30,429 nucleotides of DNA from a virus (lineage: Duplodnaviria; Caudoviricetes): positions 1 through 30,429 of the IMG/VR virus record IMGVR_UViG_3300025652_008830; one strand, written 5' to 3'. Numbering within the stretch: position 1 is the first letter of the stretch; each line of letters starts with the position of its first letter. Positions 26,901 through 30,429 of this stretch are shown here, in pieces. The notes beneath the pieces were generated by a model. It saw only the letters and a list, made by a program, of their open reading frames with translations, did no database searches and was not told the origin of the DNA. A program made the translations under genes and the position numbers.

Positions 26901-27091
26901 ATTGCGGTTCTGATAAATGGACAGGATCAAACGCTTTACAAGTAACGACCGCACTTACAAAGATATATATTAATGCTCCTGACCCAGATGCTGCTGGATA
27001 CAATGCAGCATGGAAAACAGCGCAAGGAGTTGCTGTCGGAGTAGTAATTGAGACATGGGACAATTTCCCAGCTTCAACACCAAATCCATAA
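23936..27091 (+). CDS. BspA/TpLRR (LRR_5)-type adhesin with four tandem capped LRR modules
   Basis: About 26 repeats of CxxLTGSLTIPDSVTTIGxxAFxx in four modules, each ending WxxYP/FPxxxPN; located in the tail cluster. Confidence 0.9.
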   Translation: MIVNPYIFSSNLVPLTNTLIYDEFGVKIFDIFGEIPTFANNSDIYQVEIGTSCTSIPSNGFSNCIGLSGSFVIPSSVTSIGSNAFYYNTPISNMFVDTPSSFWPPNVGGGGFNYAAAFFLNFSPIKVHVSPDYFGVGSNYDATWGSNQGLAAGSTIINWDWYPYPVPNEEGPVESTLYDISDTALVGLFGPIPDNWNENNSPYDATRLEIGKSCTSIGGYAFNGCTSLTGLLTIPDSVLAIGSNAFSYCSNLTGALTIPNSVATIGSGAFQACTGLDGILTIPNSVNSIESAAFSLISINTLSVLNELTTISSLAFSSNTSLTDAFLAPSFSLVDGSTFTSCNNLTKVYAKDAASNGYTIGVGQSVGGETVEVLNWDWYPYPVPNEEGPVESTLYDISDAAVVGLFGPIPDNWNDNNSPYSTATRLEIGKSCTSIGIKAFWVCDNLTGSLTIPDSVLIIDDNAFTSCFNLDGTLTIENGVQSIGLGAFSNDPFTGSLVLPDSLETLGSGAFYKAKFTGGSLTIPDSVTSIGERCFKRTEFTSLLSFPNNISFEIIPDECFSTCSALSGSLVIPDSVTTIGDGAFFQCSGLSSLTIGNSVATIGSQAFYYCTGFNGSLTIPNSVRTIETEAFRGCDFTGSLTIQDGVTTIGSRAFGYCDGFTGSLTIPDSVDTIGSYAFTSTSALDGYLVIPNSVASIGTYAFYDNSFESIYIDCAASSWTGTNALSIFQASPPVIYVNAPDPDAAGYNAAWKTAQGLQVEAIILTWQNYPAPTPNPIDPALTYLYDSGGSFLTLLQDDIPNNWNDGNTPYNADRVEIGTSCTSIGNYAFSNSNNMTAGLVIPSSVLTIGDRAFNQCNNLTGSLTIPDSVDTIGSYAFNYCTGFTGSLTIENGVQNISSYAFNYCNGFTGSLTIPDSVTTIGSNAFYMGVFFGSPSWSGALTIGDGIETLGSRAFQYCSGFTSLTIGNVLTSIGDFAFKNCSDIIHIYINCGSDKWTGSNALQVTTALTKIYINAPDPDAAGYNAAWKTAQGVAVGVVIETWDNFPASTPNP
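24405..25242 (+). repeat. Direct repeat of about 185 bp (24405-24588 / 25056-25242) spanning a module junction
   Basis: Exact 77-bp block (24405-24481 = 25056-25132) and exact 40-bp block (24489-24528 = 25140-25179), offset 651. Confidence 0.9.
26145..27028 (+). repeat. Exact 59-bp direct repeat (26145-26203 / 26970-27028) in two C-caps
   Basis: TTAATGCTCCTGACCCAGATGCTGCTGGATACAATGCAGCATGGAAAACAGCGCAAGGA occurs twice. Confidence 0.9.
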
Positions 27092-27187
27092 AACACAAAC
27101 AATTATTAAATACCGATACCGAAATTCACAACACAATTAAAAATTCTTGTGTATATACTGAATAGGAAGAACTTTTAAAAAACCAAA

Positions 27188-28405
27188 ATGCCTCAAGAAA
27201 TTTTCATACCAACAGAAGGAGTATCCACACACCTAGAAGCAAGAAACGTTATTAACAGTAACGCGAATGATGCAGAGGTGCGGATAGCTAATTTAGAGTC
27301 TAGATTAGATTTAGAACCTCACAATATTAATTCTTCATATGGAGAAGGAGAAACGTTTTATTTTGGTGGTTCCTCTTATAGAGTTGATGACGGGGCTACA
27401 TTGAATGTAGGTGAAAGTCCAACAACTAATCCAGAAAAAGTAACTTCGCTTGATAATGTTGGACTTGACGGAAAAACCGTTCTTAACGGCATCGTTGTTC
27501 CGACAACTGAAGGTGTCGACGGAGACTTTTACATTAAGACAGACACCTCTGACATTTATGGACCAAAGACTGGAGGCGCTTGGGGTGCTGCTACGTCTTT
27601 GATTGGCGCTGATGGTGCTGATGGTGCTGATGGTGTAGATGGTGCTGATGGCAAAACAGTTCTTAGTGATGCTGTAGTGCCGACAACAGAGGGCGTTGAT
27701 GGAGATTTTTTCATTAGAACTGACACATCAGAAATTTACGGTCCTAAAACTGGTGGAGCATGGGGCGCTCCTACATCCTTGATTGGAGCCGATGGAGCCG
27801 ATGGAGCCGATGGAGCCGATGGAGCCGATGGAGCCGATGGAGCTGCTGGTGCCGATGGAGCTGCTGGGCTTGACGGCAAAACAGTCCTTAATGGAGTCGT
27901 TGCTCCGACAACCGAAGGTGTTGATGGCGATTTCTATATAGATACAGTAACTTCTAACCTTTACGGACCTAAAGATAGTGGTGTATGGGGGGCAGCTACT
28001 TCACTTATAGGTCCTACTGGACCTACTGGACCCGCTGGCGATGGAGGTGGTGGCACTACACTCTCAGGCACTACAGCAAACGATACTCAAACAGAAATCT
28101 TTATAGATGGTACATCTCCGAATAGAGTAGATGTCGCTACTGGTTCAACAATTACATTCTCTGCTTTAGTTGCTGCAAGATCTGCCACAGAAAGTGCTGG
28201 CTATAAGATCGAGGGTGTCATTAAGAATGATGCTGGAACAGCCGAAATAGTTGGTGTTGTAGTTAAAACAATTTTTGCCGAAGAAGATATAGCATGGGAC
28301 GCTACCGTAACTGCGGCTAATAACGCAATTACATTCCTTGTAACTGGCGATAGTGTTGATTCTGTATCTTGGGAAGTAACCCTTAATAAGATCGAAGTAA
28401 CCTAA
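27188..28405 (+). CDS. Collagen-like tail fibre 2
   Basis: N-terminus paralogous to fibre 1 (THLEARNVINSNANDAEVRIANLE), three DGKTVL...EGVDGDF...YGPK..W nodes, (GAD)n runs and a different C-terminal beta domain. Confidence 0.85.
   Translation: MPQEIFIPTEGVSTHLEARNVINSNANDAEVRIANLESRLDLEPHNINSSYGEGETFYFGGSSYRVDDGATLNVGESPTTNPEKVTSLDNVGLDGKTVLNGIVVPTTEGVDGDFYIKTDTSDIYGPKTGGAWGAATSLIGADGADGADGVDGADGKTVLSDAVVPTTEGVDGDFFIRTDTSEIYGPKTGGAWGAPTSLIGADGADGADGADGADGADGAAGADGAAGLDGKTVLNGVVAPTTEGVDGDFYIDTVTSNLYGPKDSGVWGAATSLIGPTGPTGPAGDGGGGTTLSGTTANDTQTEIFIDGTSPNRVDVATGSTITFSALVAARSATESAGYKIEGVIKNDAGTAEIVGVVVKTIFAEEDIAWDATVTAANNAITFLVTGDSVDSVSWEVTLNKIEVT
27785..27838 (+). repeat. Perfect 9-bp tandem repeat (GGAGCCGAT)6 encoding (Gly-Ala-Asp)6
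   Basis: Read directly from the sequence. Confidence 0.95.
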
Positions 28406-28408
28406 AAA

Positions 28409-29074
28409 ATGAGCCAATTATTCAGAGGAGATATCACTAACAGTGTTGCAGAGCTTACCTTGCTTGACGAGGAAGTTATTGGCGGTGGTGCTGGCACATT
28501 GTCTTATGGTCTTGGTGGAACTAATAATGGTGAAATTCTTACTGTAAGTAAGGGAGATTTTCCAGATTATAGTGCTGGGTCTAATCCATATTACAATGAT
28601 ACAAATTTTAGAGGATTAGTAATTGGCACAAGTTGCACAACTATTGGAAGTTATGCTTTTTATTATTGCAATGGCTTAACTGGTTCATTAGTTATTCCAG
28701 ATAGTGTTACAACTATTGGGGATTATGCTTTTAATGCTTGCATTAACTTAACTGGTTCATTAACTATTGGAAATAGTGTTACGAGTATTGGGGCTTATGC
28801 TTTTGCTGATACTTCTTTTGGAGGAGCAATAGTTATACCAGATAGCGTTACAAGTATTGGGAGTTATGCGTTTTATTATTGCAATATTTTCTCTCCACTC
28901 TATGTTAACACACCAGCATCATCATGGGTTGGGTCAAACGCTTTAACAGGGGCTAGTCTCACTACTATATATGTTAACGGAGTAACAGCATTAGGTTACA
29001 CAGCTGGAGCGCAAACATTCCAAGGGAAATCATTAACGATAGCCGAATGGACAAACTACCCTAACATACCATAA
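28409..29074 (+). CDS. Single-module BspA-type LRR protein (4 repeats)
   Basis: GLVIGTSCTTIGSYAF plus 24-aa repeats; ends WTNYPNIP. Confidence 0.9.
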   Translation: MSQLFRGDITNSVAELTLLDEEVIGGGAGTLSYGLGGTNNGEILTVSKGDFPDYSAGSNPYYNDTNFRGLVIGTSCTTIGSYAFYYCNGLTGSLVIPDSVTTIGDYAFNACINLTGSLTIGNSVTSIGAYAFADTSFGGAIVIPDSVTSIGSYAFYYCNIFSPLYVNTPASSWVGSNALTGASLTTIYVNGVTALGYTAGAQTFQGKSLTIAEWTNYPNIP

Positions 29075-29094
29075 ATTTTAACTAAAACAAAAAA

Positions 29095-29661
29095 ATGAAA
29101 TACGCAATCACAGGTCCTCAAGGACGAATCCGCAGAATAGTAGATGTAGAGCCGACAGAAGCTCCATACTATAGCGAAATTTCAGATGCAGATGCAGCTA
29201 CTGTTGATGCCTCTGATGAAATATACTTTATTGTTAACAGCACTCTGCTGACACAAGATGAATTTAGAGAGCAAAAACAAACAGAAAGATTCAATCAACA
29301 ACTCACAGACTTTGGCGCAGATATTGATGGTGCAAAGAAACATTCAAGAGATCATTACGCCGATAAAAGATACAATGTAGAAGTCGGAGGTATTAATGTT
29401 GGTGGTTTGCCAGTAAGAACTGACAGGCTCACAGTATCAAGGATTTATCAAGCAAATGCATTGGCAATTCAAGACCCCGCATTTACTACTGAGTGGAAGA
29501 TTGGTAATGGATCATTCATTACTGTTGATGCTACACTGATTGGTTCTTTGACTGCTGCAATCACAAGCCACATTCAAACTTCTTTCACTAGAGAGAAGAC
29601 AATCAACGAAGAAATCACTGCCGCAACTACTATAGCAGAGTTACAGGCAATCACATGGTAA
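29095..29661 (+). CDS. DUF4376-domain tail fibre assembly/chaperone-like protein
   Basis: RYNVEVGGINVGG..VRTD...EWKIGNGSFITVD...HIQTSFTRE...AATTIAELQAITW. Confidence 0.75.
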   Translation: MKYAITGPQGRIRRIVDVEPTEAPYYSEISDADAATVDASDEIYFIVNSTLLTQDEFREQKQTERFNQQLTDFGADIDGAKKHSRDHYADKRYNVEVGGINVGGLPVRTDRLTVSRIYQANALAIQDPAFTTEWKIGNGSFITVDATLIGSLTAAITSHIQTSFTREKTINEEITAATTIAELQAITW

Positions 29662-29667
29662 TTTAAT

Positions 29668-30417
29668 ATGAGTAAGTTTTTCAAAGGCGATGTTACAAAT
29701 GGCGTAGTTGAGTTTAACTTGCTCGATCCTGCGGTGGGTGCTGGTGGCACTACTGCTACTGTTATTACAAAGAATACTGGAGCGAATGTAGTTGAGCAGA
29801 TTGTTGGATCTATATCCAGCTATGCATATGGTCTTGGAAGTAATGGAGGGTATGATGTTAAGGGATTAGTAATTGGCACATCTTGCACAAGTATTGGGAC
29901 TCATGCTTTTGCTTATTGCACTAGCTTAACTGGTCCATTAGTGATTCCAGATAGTGTTACGACTATTGGGAGTCAAGCTTTTTATAATTGCATTGACTTT
30001 AACGGTTCATTAACTATTGGAAATAGTGTTACAACTATTGGGAGTTATTCTTTTGGTTATTGCTCTAGCTTAACTGGTCCATTAGTGATTCCAGATAGTG
30101 TTACAAGCATTGGGACTTATGCTTTTATTCTTTGCGCTAATATAACTGGTCCATTAGTCATTCCGAATAGTGTTACGACTATTGGGAGTTATGCTTTTGG
30201 TGAATGCAGTGGCTTAACCACAGCATATCTAGCTACACCATATGCTAATATACCAACTGGAGGTTTTGGGTCTGGTGCATTTTTCTACTCTGGATTAACC
30301 ACGGTCTATGCTAATGATGCAGTAGCCAATGGCTGGACATTAGGCGCTGGTCAAACTGTTGGCGGTAAATCTGGAGTAACCGTAATAGACTGGACAAACT
30401 ACCCTAACATACCATAA
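29668..30417 (+). CDS. Single-module BspA-type LRR protein (5 repeats), paralog of 28409..29074
   Basis: Same N-terminal peptide type, GLVIGTSC cap and 24-aa repeats; the last 27 bp are identical to those of the paralog. Confidence 0.9.
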   Translation: MSKFFKGDVTNGVVEFNLLDPAVGAGGTTATVITKNTGANVVEQIVGSISSYAYGLGSNGGYDVKGLVIGTSCTSIGTHAFAYCTSLTGPLVIPDSVTTIGSQAFYNCIDFNGSLTIGNSVTTIGSYSFGYCSSLTGPLVIPDSVTSIGTYAFILCANITGPLVIPNSVTTIGSYAFGECSGLTTAYLATPYANIPTGGFGSGAFFYSGLTTVYANDAVANGWTLGAGQTVGGKSGVTVIDWTNYPNIP

Positions 30418-30429
30418 TGAGCAAAACAT
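30417..30429 (+). CDS. Start of the next gene (MSKT...), truncated by the window edge
   Basis: TAATG stop/start overlap. Confidence 0.5.

Noticed and set aside
23936-30417. The 72-bp periodic repeats as a CRISPR array
   Set aside because: They are in-frame, degenerate protein repeats without an identical repeat/unique spacer structure; the Cas4-like nuclease sits in a replication operon with no cas genes.
28409-30417. Invertase-driven shufflon of tail tips
   Set aside because: All cassettes are complete genes in the same orientation; I saw no inverted repeats or site-specific recombinase.

Overview
The window is a segment of an AT-rich, large tailed-phage genome read in standard code 11, almost all on the + strand. 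From left to right it holds: (i) a partial papain-like C1 peptidase on the - strand, missed by the ORF track, and several small ORFs; (ii) a glycan-modification cluster (epimerase remnant, sulfotransferase-like protein, GT34 glycosyltransferase, SAM methyltransferase, gmd) followed by an antisense GIY-YIG homing endonuclease; (iii) a replication/recombination operon (RecA, Vsr/DUF559-like nuclease, DnaB, DnaG, PD-(D/E)XK exonuclease, a DnaE split into a PHP gene and a core gene with a DEDDh exonuclease between them, and a ClpA/C-like ATPase); (iv) small genes around an intrinsic terminator; (v) a tail region with a tube-like protein, two paralogous collagen fibres and three BspA/TpLRR-type LRR genes. 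The LRR genes are the most interesting part. They contain six modules of N-cap + (mostly 24-aa LRR)n + C-cap with 2-12 repeats, all four N-cap/C-cap combinations are present, exact DNA blocks are shared, and codons vary at positions 1-2 while position 3 is fixed. This suggests a recombination-driven (possibly also DGR-like) adhesin diversification system. Several sigma70 promoters sit so that transcripts would be leaderless, and a GTGTA+AT-rich motif may be a second promoter class. All family assignments come from motif recognition by eye; no searches were run.
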